Shown here one piece after another: positions 11,794 through 23,585 of a stretch of DNA of 64,000 nucleotides. Source of the stretch: Neoechinorhynchus agilis (taxonomy: Eukaryota > Animalia > Acanthocephala); assembly GCA_051530055.1 (NCBI GenBank), contig CM121343.1, forward strand, positions 2,450,389-2,514,388, given 5' to 3'. Position 1 is the first letter of the stretch. Each line of letters opens with the position of its first letter. Position numbers and translations under genes: made by a program. The notes under the pieces are model-generated. The model did no database searches. It had not been told where the DNA came from and was given only the letters and a program-made list of their open reading frames with translations.

Positions 11794-12447
11794 TTAATCT
11801 TTGTTTTCTACAGAGACTTTCCGTCGGCTCTGATCTTTTTTGTAAATCTTCATTAATTCATCCATTAATTTATCGATTATTCCTAATCTTTTGTGAGCGT
11901 TCTCGTTCATTTCCATCAATTTCGATAAATTCTTTATTTCGTTGAGCTCGAGCAAACAGCTCTTCAGCGAATCGGAGGGCATTTGGAAACTAAAGTGATT
12001 ACTTGTTCGTTTCATTAATCGCTTAACTCGTTTTTCCGCCTGTATAACATCACTAAAGAATTTCTTATGTAACATAAAGCTCTGATAAATTGCGTATTCG
12101 CGAGATGCAATCTTATAAACTTTACAGGCGATCGGCGTGTTCTTCGAATCTACTGCCACTTTACGTAACTCTCTCAAATTGTCGTCGATTCGAACTTCCA
12201 ATTCTTGGGTCTGTACAGAATCACCGTTGTAAAGAGATAGATCGTCTTTTATTGCAACGATCTCCTTCTTTATCAGGGCAAGTTTTTTTCGGGTTCGTCT
12301 TACAAGACGTCGGGTCTTTGCAATCTCATAGTACGGTGACTGCTCCCGCCTAGCTATTTCCGAAACCAAACTCATGGACGAACTTTCGTTTTGTTGATTA
12401 CATGGGTTCAGAAGTCGAATCGTACTGGATACCTTAATTACCATCAA
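11794..12447 (-). CDS. Hypothetical basic coiled-coil protein (217 aa), no family recognised
   Basis: Uninterrupted 651-nt ORF in very AT-rich DNA with heptad-like L/I/K/E composition. Confidence 0.4.
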   Translation of the reverse strand: MMVIKVSSTIRLLNPCNQQNESSSMSLVSEIARREQSPYYEIAKTRRLVRRTRKKLALIKKEIVAIKDDLSLYNGDSVQTQELEVRIDDNLRELRKVAVDSKNTPIACKVYKIASREYAIYQSFMLHKKFFSDVIQAEKRVKRLMKRTSNHFSFQMPSDSLKSCLLELNEIKNLSKLMEMNENAHKRLGIIDKLMDELMKIYKKDQSRRKVSVENKD

Positions 12448-12789
12448 GATTACTCTTAAACCAATGCTTAAGTATCATTGTCTCTTTGGATCGTCATGGT
12501 AACCAAATAAATACAGCTCTATTCATGTTTTGAATTCTCGACAAAAGATTTCGTTTGGTTGGTTACAAAAACCCTAAAGCAAATAAATTCAGAAATGCAG
12601 TGATTTCGACTGTTAAAACAAAATCAATACTAATAAATCTTCTGCATAGACAAGGGAAATTCCTCTAGCCTCTTGATTAACGTTGTATTATTATCGTTTT
12701 GAGCTTTAATTTGAAAAACATTTGAAGAAAATTCAAATTAAAATATCCATTTACCATTCCGTTTTTTTGGAACCGTGCGTACAATTTCG

Positions 12790-13300
12790 GCATAGATTTT
12801 AACGTAAACATTTTGAGATTTTTTAGTTACCCACAGGAGTTAATAATATATTGGGATCGAAACATTTTTACTATTAAGATGACCCTGAAAAAAAATACTT
12901 TTATCCGAATAAACGAGTCCCTCAACGTTCTCCTATTTCACCAATTCTATTTTGCTTAGCATCGCAATTCGCTGCCATATCAACTTTATCGTTCTTTTCG
13001 ACTATCCGCGGCGAACAATTTCTCAAATGGGGCTCTCTCTAAATCAGAAAAACAAAATTTATTTTGAAATCAAAGTCCTTGGTAGGCAAGCGTAAAAATC
13101 GCGAGTTTTTCGCCGAGATCCTAGATCTCTCGTGCCCACCACTCCATAAAAGCTTAATCTTTTGGGTTACACTTTTTGTGGCGAACCTTACAATCAATAA
13201 CGACTTAAATAAGATGAAAAATTGCTCAAAGCCGCCAAAATAGGCGCCCAACGGGCACTTTAGCTTGGCTTAGACGACAAGGCGATCGAGAGCTTTTAGA
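12790..13300 (+). mobile_element. LINE RT remnant (same family as 7470-7692)
   Basis: About 75 bp nearly identical to 7612-7692, then RVPQRSPISPILF (a QGSP-like motif). Confidence 0.7.
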
Positions 13301-14494
13301 ACTTCTGGGCTATATCCGGCCTAATCTTTTATTCAAGAGGTCGACTGCCCGATGTACGAGTGAATTTTCGCTGTGTATTTCTCAACGCCCAACAGACGTT
13401 ACCCTTAATTCTAGATCAAGATCCTCTGCGAGCCCCTTCTAAGATGCAAAAATCGTTGGACCTGTGCCTATCTCCTCATGTTTCCTTTTCAGAATAAATC
13501 TTCTTCCTCCAACAACGGAAAATATTAAAGGGGCATTCTCTTTCAAACATGTATTTGAATCGCACTGAATAATAAATAACTTGCCTTAAGAAGCATTGAA
13601 ATAAATGTATTCCCGATTTTGAACAATTTGAACAAACGTGCGAAGGCAGTTTAAAACAAAAAATAAAAAGCAGTCAAGCCACGTTCAATTAAACAAATCA
13701 GGTCAATTATCTGCGTTTTTTTACAAAACTATAAACATTTTCACGTTCTAATTAACATGAATATCTCTTCCAAAATAAATTCAACTCGATGATATTAACA
13801 ATGATAAGCTTTAATAATTTTTATTATTTACCTCGTCTTTAAAGGTTGAAAGCATTGTCGCATCAGAACATTTCTCACTAAACTCGAGTTTGCAGTTACG
13901 GTAAGCGACGGATATTATTGATGTTGCGACTTTACTCGCCTATTGAGATCGGAGTACATCAAAATTAGTCAATTCATCCACTTTTATTCGTAAAAATAAT
14001 GAAATTAAGCTAATATTAAAGAATTTTTTACTCCGAATTCTTTAAAATGAGTAAAACTGCTTGAATTAATTATCGACAAAACATAATTCCAATGCAATCG
14101 AAGTGAGCTTGAAAATTCAGTTCAGGGTGTAACTTTTTTTATTATAACACTAAAAATGCTTTGACAATTATAATTGGGTTTTTAGCCCGCTAAATGCTCA
14201 CAATTATCAATGTCCGTTTAGTTTGGATTTAAACAATTCTTAGTTGCAATAAATCAAGATCGCGCCCTAAATCAATCTCGGATACAGGATCTTTTAGTTT
14301 AGCGAATGATTCCTGGATCCAAGGAGTTTTTAAAACACGCTGTTTAACTTCGTCCAGAGCAAAAATTTAGTTTAAGGTCTTTAGAAAGGAATTCACTGTT
14401 GGTGATTGGTTGTGGTTCCATTTGATGAAACTATAAATTATGTATGCTTGCTTAACAATTCAAACAATCTGATTGAAGCACACTCACCACCTTC

Positions 14495-14570
14495 CGCCAA
14501 ATTCCAGCTTTTGTCCTTCCTCGACCGTCGCCATCACGCTGGCAGCATTGCCTCGTGAACCAAAGAGAAT
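14495..14570 (-). mobile_element. CRE-like element 3'-terminal scrap
   Basis: RGNAASVMATVEE matches QRGNAASILASADE at 34683-34730. Confidence 0.55.
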
Positions 14571-15749
14571 TGCGAATTTATTGTTTGTGGAATCGCAAAA
14601 AATTAAACGTTAGACGATGTGAGGTCCTAAATTAAATGGATTACAATTGGGCGGCTTAAATTTGTAGGATTTGTTCAGTGTGGATTATCGTCCACAGGAA
14701 TGATACGAGTGTTTCTCTAATTCGGAAGCGAGTTCTGTAGAACTGAACAAGGCATGGAAAAAATGTTTGTTTTAAAGTAGCTTTGTAAATATTCGATGAT
14801 TTGTTCATCGAATGCATCATCCCTTGGCGTCTTTTTTAATTTTTTATTATATTTAACACTTTTAGCCATTTCTTTGTTTATTATTCTTCAAAACCGTTAC
14901 TAAAGAAATCAACACTTTGATTATGGACGTAACTCGGTCGTCGTTTAAAAATTAAAAGTGAATTTCTTTCGTTTTTTCACCTTTTCACTCTCAACGTCGA
15001 ATCGAATGCGCACCGTAATTCGTGATTTGGAAATGGTTGCCGTTGTGCTCTTTTTATGAATGATTTCGAGAAAATCGAGCATTTCGGTTTTCTGAACTTG
15101 AGATGTAAGTCAATGTTTTTAATGCAAATTTGGATTTTAATATCTCACTGCAATTGAACAGATTTCAACTCCTAATTAAGGATGAAGTCAATACTTTAAT
15201 TTGAGCATTTTAAAGATTTGCTGTAATAATTTAAATAGCAAAGTTTTCCGAGTTTCGAACTAAAATTCCTGACCGATTTTGGAAGGATTAATCGTTATGT
15301 TTTCAATGATCCGCGTTCACTCTTCACTGCTATGCGTTTTATCTCTTTTTCGAATCTTCCTTTTCCTTGTTTCAAGAACGCATTTACTTCACAGGCAAAA
15401 TTGTTATATTGTTCGATTAAATATTTCATCAATCTTTTCGCTTGCTGAACACTTTGGATGTCACTATTGAACATAATACTATTGCGTAGCTCCATTATTA
15501 ATTCCTTTGATGGGTTTCTCTCGCTGTTGCTTTATTATGACCTTTAGAAGATTTTCAATCCCGTTTACCTTGACAAAATGTTCTCCATCTCTCATTGATA
15601 AAATATAATTAGAATCCAAGGGATTATTTTCTAACCTTTCAAGAAAAATGGACAGCGACAACAAACTTTTTGCCGTTTGAAGAGTGGGTTTGAACGAAGA
15701 AGAGAAGGATTTTGTTCATCCGCGATGTCGTTATATCTGAAGTTAAGTC

Positions 15750-18700
15750 CTAGATTGCTGACTTGACTCGAACATTGTCTTGGAGTATTTTAGTAATGAA
15801 ACGTATCAGAGTCCAGGACGCGTCCGACATGATAACCAGATATAATTGACTTCCGTTAGTGCTTGATAAATGGTCCTTGAGTGTTCGACCCGTAATCAGC
15901 ACATCATCCAAATAAATCGCGACTCCGGGGATTCCCTCAAGTAGTTCGTCCATGTAACGTTGGAAGATGGCTGGTGCTGAATTGATTCCAAAAGTTCATG
16001 TTGACAGGCAGTTGCAAATATGCGTCTTTTAAATCGAGCCTGGAGTATTGCTCTCCTCCCGCAATTTGGTTCACGTCCTCTTCCCACGTAGGAATAGCAT
16101 AGCTATCGATTGATAGATATGGATAATTTGTGACTCTAAAATCACCGCATATTCTAATATCACCGTTCGGTTTCCTCGCAAGCACTACGCAGCGTTTAGA
16201 TTAATTCGAAAAAAGTATTATTAAAAAACACTAGAACTCTTGGAAAAAGTTTAATATTGGAAACAAACTACAAATCATTTGTAGTGTCCGACATAACTAT
16301 GCTGTTTATTCGACCTCCAACCACGAACACACAGTCCCTTATATACTAATGGCGCCGATCGATATTTGAGAATCATACCGCTGAAACGGCCTACGCTCCT
16401 TTGAACCCCGTCTTGGTAGCGTGATTGGTGGAGTCGCTCTTCCGATATTCTCATCTTCCATTCTTCTCGTCAAGTCACGAGTCTCGGCGTCTAGGTTGGA
16501 TTCCTGTCCGTCCCGCCCTATACTTGACGGTATATCGTTTTGCTTTACAGTAGATTCTTCGCCGACTGACCGATTCCTTAGGTCCGTTGCGTGTCTGCTT
16601 GTTGTTACGCCCTGACTCTCTACATTGTAAGAAGTCCAGACAGTTCGACCTGCAACGGTCCTTCTCTCCATGTATTTAAGCGTGGATCGCCTACCCACAC
16701 CTTGTCCGAAGGAGTTAATACTCTATCTTTGGATCAATCATCGTGTGCCATTTTCTGCTTATTTCTCCTCCTCCTTACAGTCAATCGTAAGTCAGGACGT
16801 ATCCGATCGAAAACTGTTTTCAGACGTCGTCCAAGTAATACCTCTGCTGGTGTTTTCTGGCTTGTATTGTGAGGGGTGTTCCGGTAGCTCAAGAGAAATT
16901 GTTGAATCGATAACGAATTCTTGTAACGGTCACTACTGATCTCCACTCGCCGTTTGAAAGTCCCGATGAACCTCTCTACCAATCCGTTCGTTTGTGGATG
17001 GTATGGAGATGCGCAAATGTGCTTGATCCCATTCGCTGTACAGAATTGTCCGAATTGAGCCAATTGAAAAGGTGGTCCGTTATCGGATGTGATTTCGGCT
17101 GGAACTCGAAATCGTGCAAAAACTGTTCTTAATTTGCTGATCGTTTCGAACGCTGATATTGAACTTATCGGAATGATCTCTGGCCAATGACTGTAGGCAT
17201 CTATAAGCACTAAATAAGGTGTCCACCGATTGGTCCTGCGAAATCTAAGTGAATTCGATTCCACATTTCCTCTGGTACGTCCCATTGGTACACTGGAGCC
17301 TCCGGGGGTACAGATCTCCTGCTTTGACAACTTTTGCACGTTCCAAGCTTATGTTCTATGTCCTCACGGATGTTGGGCCACTAACAGTAGTATCTCGCCA
17401 GATCAGTCATTGCTGAGATTCCTGGGTGTCCCGAATGTAAGACATCTAGTGCTTTGCTTTTTAATGAATGAGGTATTACTAGACGCTGCAACCATAGGAT
17501 TACTCCGTCCTCTAACAATAATTCGTGTCTCCGAGAGGAATATTGGCTTAACTTTCGAGGTACGGTCGACGGCCATCCAATCACTAAGTAACGTTCCTTT
17601 TCTTTTTCTCCCAATGCTCGACCTCTGACTTGATCCAGGTGTATCCGCATCTTGCGTTTACCATCGTCCACTAGATACATTCTCCCCCTATTCGTTCGAG
17701 GATAACATCTGCTCTCCATCCTTTTGCCAGCTCATTCTGGGTCCAAACAGCTTCTCCGGCGTTAAATTCTCTGTTTCGTGATGCCCGATCATGTACCGCA
17801 CTCCTTTCCTCTATTTTAGCTCGTTCCTTGTTTCTTTCCTCCAGCTTCAATCTATCCAACACCGTTTCTAATCTTCTTTTTAGGAATAACTCTGACGGTG
17901 TTTTCCCTGTTGAACCGTGCTCCGTGTTACGGTAGCTCAACAAGAAATTTGCTAGACGTTTATTGAGATTTCCTTCGTTCCGCGATAAGGCTCTGTCTTT
18001 TAACGTCCTAATAAAACGTTCGGCGAGGCCGTTCGCTTCTGGATGATATGAACTTCCCATTTTCTGCACCACCCCATTTGCTTTACAGAAATCACCAAAT
18101 TCATTCGACGTGAATTGTGCACCATTGTCTGAAATGATTACTCTGGGCACTCAATTTCTCACGAATACTTCTCGCAGCCTGTTAATCACAGCAAGAGATG
18201 TTATCTTGTCCATACTGAGAACCTCTGGCCACTTCGAGTAGGCATCTACCACCACTAACCACATTTTGCTTTGACTTTGACCCGCTAGATCAATGTATAT
18301 CCTATCCCACGGTCTGCTAGAAAGTGGCCATGTACCTGGTACCGCTTTTGTTATGGCAGGTCTACATTCCTGGCATTGCTGGCATAATCCCACGATTTTT
18401 TTAAGATCTGCGTCGATTCCAGGCCACCATACGTGATACTTCATTCCTGATATCCCAGAGTGACCGGTGTAATCCGGAAATCTCCATAAAATCGGATTTT
18501 ACCATCTGATTTCGCAATCGCTACAATCGGCGTCGCCCATTCAATACTTTCTTTCATCGGATCTACCCCCTTCAGAATTCCTTCGCTCAGCAACTTATCG
18601 ATTTCCTCTTGGCGATATCTCTAATACCGTAAAGTATTCTGCGACTTCCGTATATTTTAGGTATAGCTTCTTCTTTTAGGATCAGAGAAGCTGTAAATCC

Positions 18701-19080
18701 CCGTACTGTCCCTGATTTGCCTGATGAATTTCCTGCTATACACTTCTTGCACCTCTCTCCCAAACTCCCAACATACGACACATCTTTTATGGGAGCCACA
18801 TCGTCGGGAAAATTCAGGTTCATCGCTTGAATCCACGGTAGCCCACATAGCCGTTTATCTCTTTTTGCGACCACTGTTGCTTCAAGACACTTCTGCAAAC
18901 CAGCATTCTCCTTTGACACTTAACTCCTTACCCCCGTACACCTTGATCATTTTCGCCGGGTGAAGTTTTGGTCTTCCAATCGTATTCCAGATATTTTCTC
19001 TTCCAAACAAATAACTGGACAAACGATCCGCATCACCGATCGGGCACTTTCAATCACCCTGTCCTCCGAAAACTCAACTA
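15750..19080 (-). mobile_element. Stack of Ty3/gypsy pol fragments (RT, two integrases, protease region) in scrambled order
   Basis: RICGDFRVT/LDLKDAYLQ (RT). Two integrases: HSGHPG/DAYSHWPE/SDNGPPF/YHPQTNGLVERF and WPLSSRPWDRIYID/SDNGAQF/YHPEANGLAERF. A possible partial LTR (TATATAAG, AATAAA, ...CTACA) ends at 16280. Confidence 0.93.
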
Positions 19081-19202
19081 TATTTGATCTTCTTCGACTG
19101 CGTCACACGACTCCGAAATATCCTTTTTTATGACGGCGGAAACATTCCCTATTTAAAGCCGGACACATTCATTCTTAGGTGCCAATTTCCACCACATCTT
19201 CT

Positions 19203-19696
19203 TATAGACAACAGGTTATCAGAAGCCGGTTTTCGATTTATCAATTTATACAGATCAAAAGATTTGTTTAAATTAGCAGGAATGCCCACACGAACCTCTT
19301 CATCATCGACTTTAGCTTTGGATTTCTTCCTCAAATTTATTTTGTGCCTTTGGAATCCTCGACCAGTTCTAATAAACGCTAACACTCTAACAATAAACTT
19401 TAATGAGCAACAATAAGCATTTGCCTTGCTTACAAAATGAAGAGAATGGATCGGTCGTTGACTCAGTTCGTTCCTATTGCATAGAAGATGCTGATAGTCA
19501 GAACCGATGCGTTCGTTCAGCGTTTATTGGAACTGGTCGAGGATTCCAAAGGCACAAGATAAACTCAATGAACCATTCTAAAGCTAAAGCCGATGATGAA
19601 GAGGTTCGTGTGAGCACTCCGGCTAATTTAAACAAATCTTCTGATCTGTATGAATTGATAAATCGAAAACCAGCTTCTGATAACCTGTTGTCTATA
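19203..19696. repeat. Inverted repeat: 178-bp arms (19203-19380 and 19519-19696), 138-bp spacer, about 90% identical by hand count
   Basis: The ORFs at 19149-19385(-) and 19403-19942(+) share AFIxTGRGFQRHKIN...DLYxLINRKPASDNLLSI. Confidence 0.95.
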
Positions 19697-20062
19697 AAAA
19701 ATGACAAAATGTTTGTCATTTCTTCGATGGAAATAGATGCGTTTGGAGAATATCTTCATAATGAGACTGGATCACGGGTTGCCTTGGAATTCTATCTTGC
19801 CTGTCAGGCGATAAAAACTATACCGGAAGATGACGAGTCTATACGAAAATCTGTGAAATCGACGTACCGATTATTCGCTAGGAAATATGTGAAGACCGAT
19901 GCAACCGTTGACGCCGACAATTACGTTAGTATGGAAACTTAGAAAAATATTAACTAGGATATAGCCGTAAAGAAGATTGGTTATCGTGAAATGTTAGAGC
20001 CTGCCGCTCAAGAACTTTCCTATGTGATTGATAAGCATTTTAAGAACTATTTGGCTTCCAAA
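19403..20062 (+). pseudogene. Axin-like RGS-domain gene fragment, with an in-frame TAG at 19940 and truncation by an integrase fragment
   Basis: TPANLNKSSDLYELIN...DAFGEYL...LEFYLACQAIK...ARKYV...MET*KNI...LEPAAQELSYVIDKHFKNYLAS follows the RGS fold pattern and most resembles Axin RGS (by-eye comparison). Confidence 0.7.
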
Positions 20063-20069
20063 GGACGAC

Positions 20070-20425
20070 TATCAGATTCACTTTCATGCGCCCGTGCCTT
20101 AATCAGCAACTGGATCTCTCGTTTTGGGGTCCCGAGTGATATAACCTCCGATCGAAGATCTCAATTCACTTCGCGAATATGGGCCGATATGTCTCAATTA
20201 TTCGGCACAAAGCTGCACCACACTGCAGCTTATCATTCACACGCAAACGGTATCGTCGAGAGGATGCATAGACACTTGAAGGCATCCCTGAAAGCCCGTT
20301 GGAAAAGCCCGAACTGGATGGACGAACTCCCGTGGGTAATGTTGGATTTGAGGACCTGTCCGAAAGTCGATCTGGGAACATTTTCTGCGGAACAAATTTA
20401 TGGCAGTCCACTCAAAGTGCCACAC
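20070..20425 (+). mobile_element. Ty3/gypsy integrase core fragment (different family from the flanking ones)
   Basis: WISRFGVPSDITSDRRSQFTS...AYHSHANGIVERMHRHLK. Confidence 0.9.
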
Positions 20426-20429
20426 ACGT

Positions 20430-22021
20430 AGTATCTTGCCAAGCTTTTCATCGCATTACACCCCGGATGACCTTCATGTAGAGCAGTCAGCGTTGATTGT
20501 CTTAATTCGGCAGGAATTACGACGCGACTGGACATCATGACGACACCGCCTTCTACTGATAGTTCGCTTCTACGGCTCAAATAGATTTGCAGCGCCTTCG
20601 GGACTTGGTTGGGTTAATCATTTTCAACGTACCTTCGAACCTGCATCAATTCTGCATCCTTGATCGTCGCTTTCTCCAACGAAGAAACGGAAAGCCCGGT
20701 GTTGTTTCGTATTCCGTCTTGAATAAGATGGATCGTGTCGACCGCTTCATCTTCAACCTCCATCCTTGTGGTAAAGCGCGATAGAATATCTGCCAATGTA
20801 TTCTCCTTGCCTTTGATGTGCTTTATTCGATAATTATATTGGGAAAGCAAAATCGCCCGACGCACGAGACGATGATTGGAGATTATCTGTAAGTTTCGTT
20901 GCTCCCCAAATATATGTATCAGCGGTTTGTGATCGCTCAGTAGGGTGAACTTGCGCCCTGCCAAGTAATAACCGAACTTGGTTACACCGAACACCAGTGT
21001 AAAGGCCTCCCGATCAATCTGGGCGTATCGTTGTTCAGCTGAACGTAGTGTTCTCGATCAGTTAGCCACCGGTTTAAACGGTCCTTCCTTAGTCTGTTTG
21101 AGTAGTACAGCTCCCAACCCTGTCTCGCATGCATCACACATCAACTGGAGGGCACTTTTACCATCGTATGAGACTAGATCCTGGGCGTTGACTAGAGCGT
21201 CCTTGATTGTATTGAACGCGGTGTCGTGCTGCGAACTCCAGTGCCATTCTGTCCCCTTCTTCAATAGGCCATAGAGGGATACACATTTGGACTGCATGTG
21301 CGGTACGAACCGTTCGATGTAATTCATCGCTCCAAGAAATGTGCGTAGTTGAGATACTTTGGCAGGAGTTTGAATTGAACGTATTGATTCTATTCTGGCA
21401 GCATCGGGCTTGATCTGATTCGCTTCCAACACGTGACCCGGAAAATTCATTCTTTGTTGCAGGAATGCACATTTCTCCCGTTTCGTTTCGCTTTGATTCC
21501 TGCTTTCATCAATCTGGCCAACACTTCCTTAAGATTTTCAAGGTGCTCTTCATCGTTCCATCCCGAAACGATTACATCATCTAGATAAACGGATACGCCA
21601 GATATTCCCTCCAATAGCTCGTTCATATATCGCTGATATATCAGCGGGGCGACTGAAACTACAGAGGGCAATGTACGATATCGGAAATATCCGATAGGAG
21701 TCGACACGGTCAATAGGGCCCTCGAGTCCGGATGAATCGGCATTTGCAGATAAGCATCCTTTAGATCAATAATGGAGTATTTTCCCCTCCAGCGATTTTA
21801 TGCACCACCTCTTCGAAAGTTGGCATAATGTACGAATCGGTTCGAAGGTAAGGATTGATCGTCGCTCGGAAATCGCCACATATACGCAGGCCTCCTCTCT
21901 TTTTTCTTACGATGACCAAGGGAGTGGCCCAATCTATTGCTTCACTCGTAGCATTCACCGGATCTAATACATCAGACGCGACCATTCGATTTATCTCGTC
22001 TCTCACTTGGTCATGGAGCAT
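20430..22021 (-). mobile_element. Ty3/gypsy (Mag-like) pol: RT, RNase H and integrase zinc finger, frameshifted
   Basis: WATPLVIVRKK/RICGDFRATIN, VYLDDVIV, LMCDACETGLGAVL, SDHKPL, LHEGHPGCNAMKSLARYYV. Confidence 0.95.
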
Positions 22022-22119
22022 TATCGGTATTCTTCGCGAGGGCAGGCATCGAGAAACCGCCTTTTACACAGAAATATCTTTGCTTGAATCTCCCTCAAAT
22101 ACACTGGCTTTAACCACAT

Positions 22120-22515
22120 AAGTGACAACGCGACCGAAAAACTGAGGCGCCTCAACTACCTCGCTCCAAATCTTTTGCTCTACAACAAACGAGGCGCATC
22201 CATTGCGGGCATTCTCAAAAGGAAAACCAAGCAAGATACCAAATCAGGGATATACAAAATCCCATGTGCAGAATGCCCAAAGGTCCACATTGGACAAACC
22301 ATGCAAGGGATCAGGAAACGAATTTCGCAGCATAAACAAGCTTGCAGGACATTCGACAAATCCTCAGCAATCTCGAACCACCAGCAAACAATCCAGCACA
22401 AGGTGGATTTTGAAAAGGCGAGATTCATAACCAGCGAATCGGATCTTAGAAGAAGACTGATTCTTGAGGCCATTCACATCCGAGGAAATCCGACGATGGA
22501 AGGCAATAAATCATT
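22120..22515 (+). mobile_element. Penelope-like element 3' part (GIY-YIG endonuclease)
   Basis: SGIYKIPCAECPKVHIGQT...SAISNH...RLILEAIHI. Confidence 0.92.
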
Positions 22516-22660
22516 GCATGACGGGCAAATTAGTCGGCAACAAACCGCAAGAGGTGTGTGCGGATGGAACTCCCCACACTTCGGGTATTATCAAACCCGT
22601 GGATCTGAGCTACATCCAGACGTGACCGGCTGTGCATGCTGTCTATGTCCTCCATTTTAG

Positions 22661-22702
22661 ATAGACTGAAGAGGCAAGGAAAACCTTGCGAAATATTTCT
22701 AT
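22661..22702 (+). ncRNA. Minimal type I hammerhead ribozyme (PLE 3' region)
   Basis: ATAGA-CTGAAGA-G-GCAAGG(AAAA)CCTTGC-GAAA-TAT-T-TCTAT. Confidence 0.85.
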
Positions 22703-22841
22703 AATAAATGAGTAACGAAAACACCGGGGGCAGGATTCGACACCGCACAATTTATGAATAAGTTCAAGGAAGCCACTCCATGGTCCCCGGGATCTCCGCT
22801 GTATTGGGTCGTGTTCTCCACCACAATTAACCGAACCTTTC

Positions 22842-23485
22842 GTGCCTGAGACCCCTCAGATCACCACTGGTTCTATTTCGATACCTGATATCGCGCGGCT
22901 TCTGCCCAGGAACGTGCTGAAACGGATCCCTAAAGGCGCGCGATATCTGGCCGCCAAAGCATTTACGGGATTGCTCAGAGATTGCCTTCAAAAGAACTGT
23001 GCGCCATCATGGGCATTGCTTTTCGCTTTCCCGTGCATAGTCCTCTGCACCAGCGGTGATTCTGGGGTGTCTTTGACATCAACAATCAAGGAAGGGCTAG
23101 CCTCCTTTGAACAAATATTTAACGATTTTGAAAGGAATCTCCACGGAAGAGTTTCGCTGCCGCTTTTCAAAGCGATCACTGACTGAACGTGTCTCTTCGA
23201 AGCTTGCGGACGGAGATGTTCGGGGGGCTTTTCGGTTATTGTCATCCTCCGACAGTTTCGCAAAGGGAGACAGCGAGACGCTACAAATACTTCGGTCGAA
23301 GCACCCATGCAGTAGTGGCAGTTTTTAAATTCCATCTCCTCCAATACAAGACAGGACGCCCACTCAAATTTCAGAGTTACAAAAGGCCATCTCATCTTTT
23401 CCAAATGGTTCGGGTCACGGGCTTGACGGACTAAGGCCTAAACACCTAAAGGACATGATATCCTTTTCAACTGGTGAAGCAGCCC
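22842..23485 (+). mobile_element. CRE-like non-LTR retrotransposon, N-terminal/pre-RT fragment
   Basis: VLKRIPKGAR...VSSKLADGDVRGAFRLLSS...LRSKHP...AISSFPNGSGHGLDGLRPKHLKDM. Confidence 0.85.
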
Positions 23486-23585
23486 TCTAATTCTGTATTT
23501 GAATTTTTTGTGAATGTGATTTCCATACACTGGAATATCCATTTGCGGGAGCAAAAAGTTTCCATTTGATACATGTCGGTTTCAA

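Noticed and set aside
7612-12886. About 75-bp near-identical segment at 7612-7692 and 12812-12886
   Set aside because: Two fragments of the same LINE family; no special structure.
15279-15664. Two short adjoining minus-strand ORFs with protein-like composition
   Set aside because: No recognisable domain or consistent splice model, so they cannot be supported.
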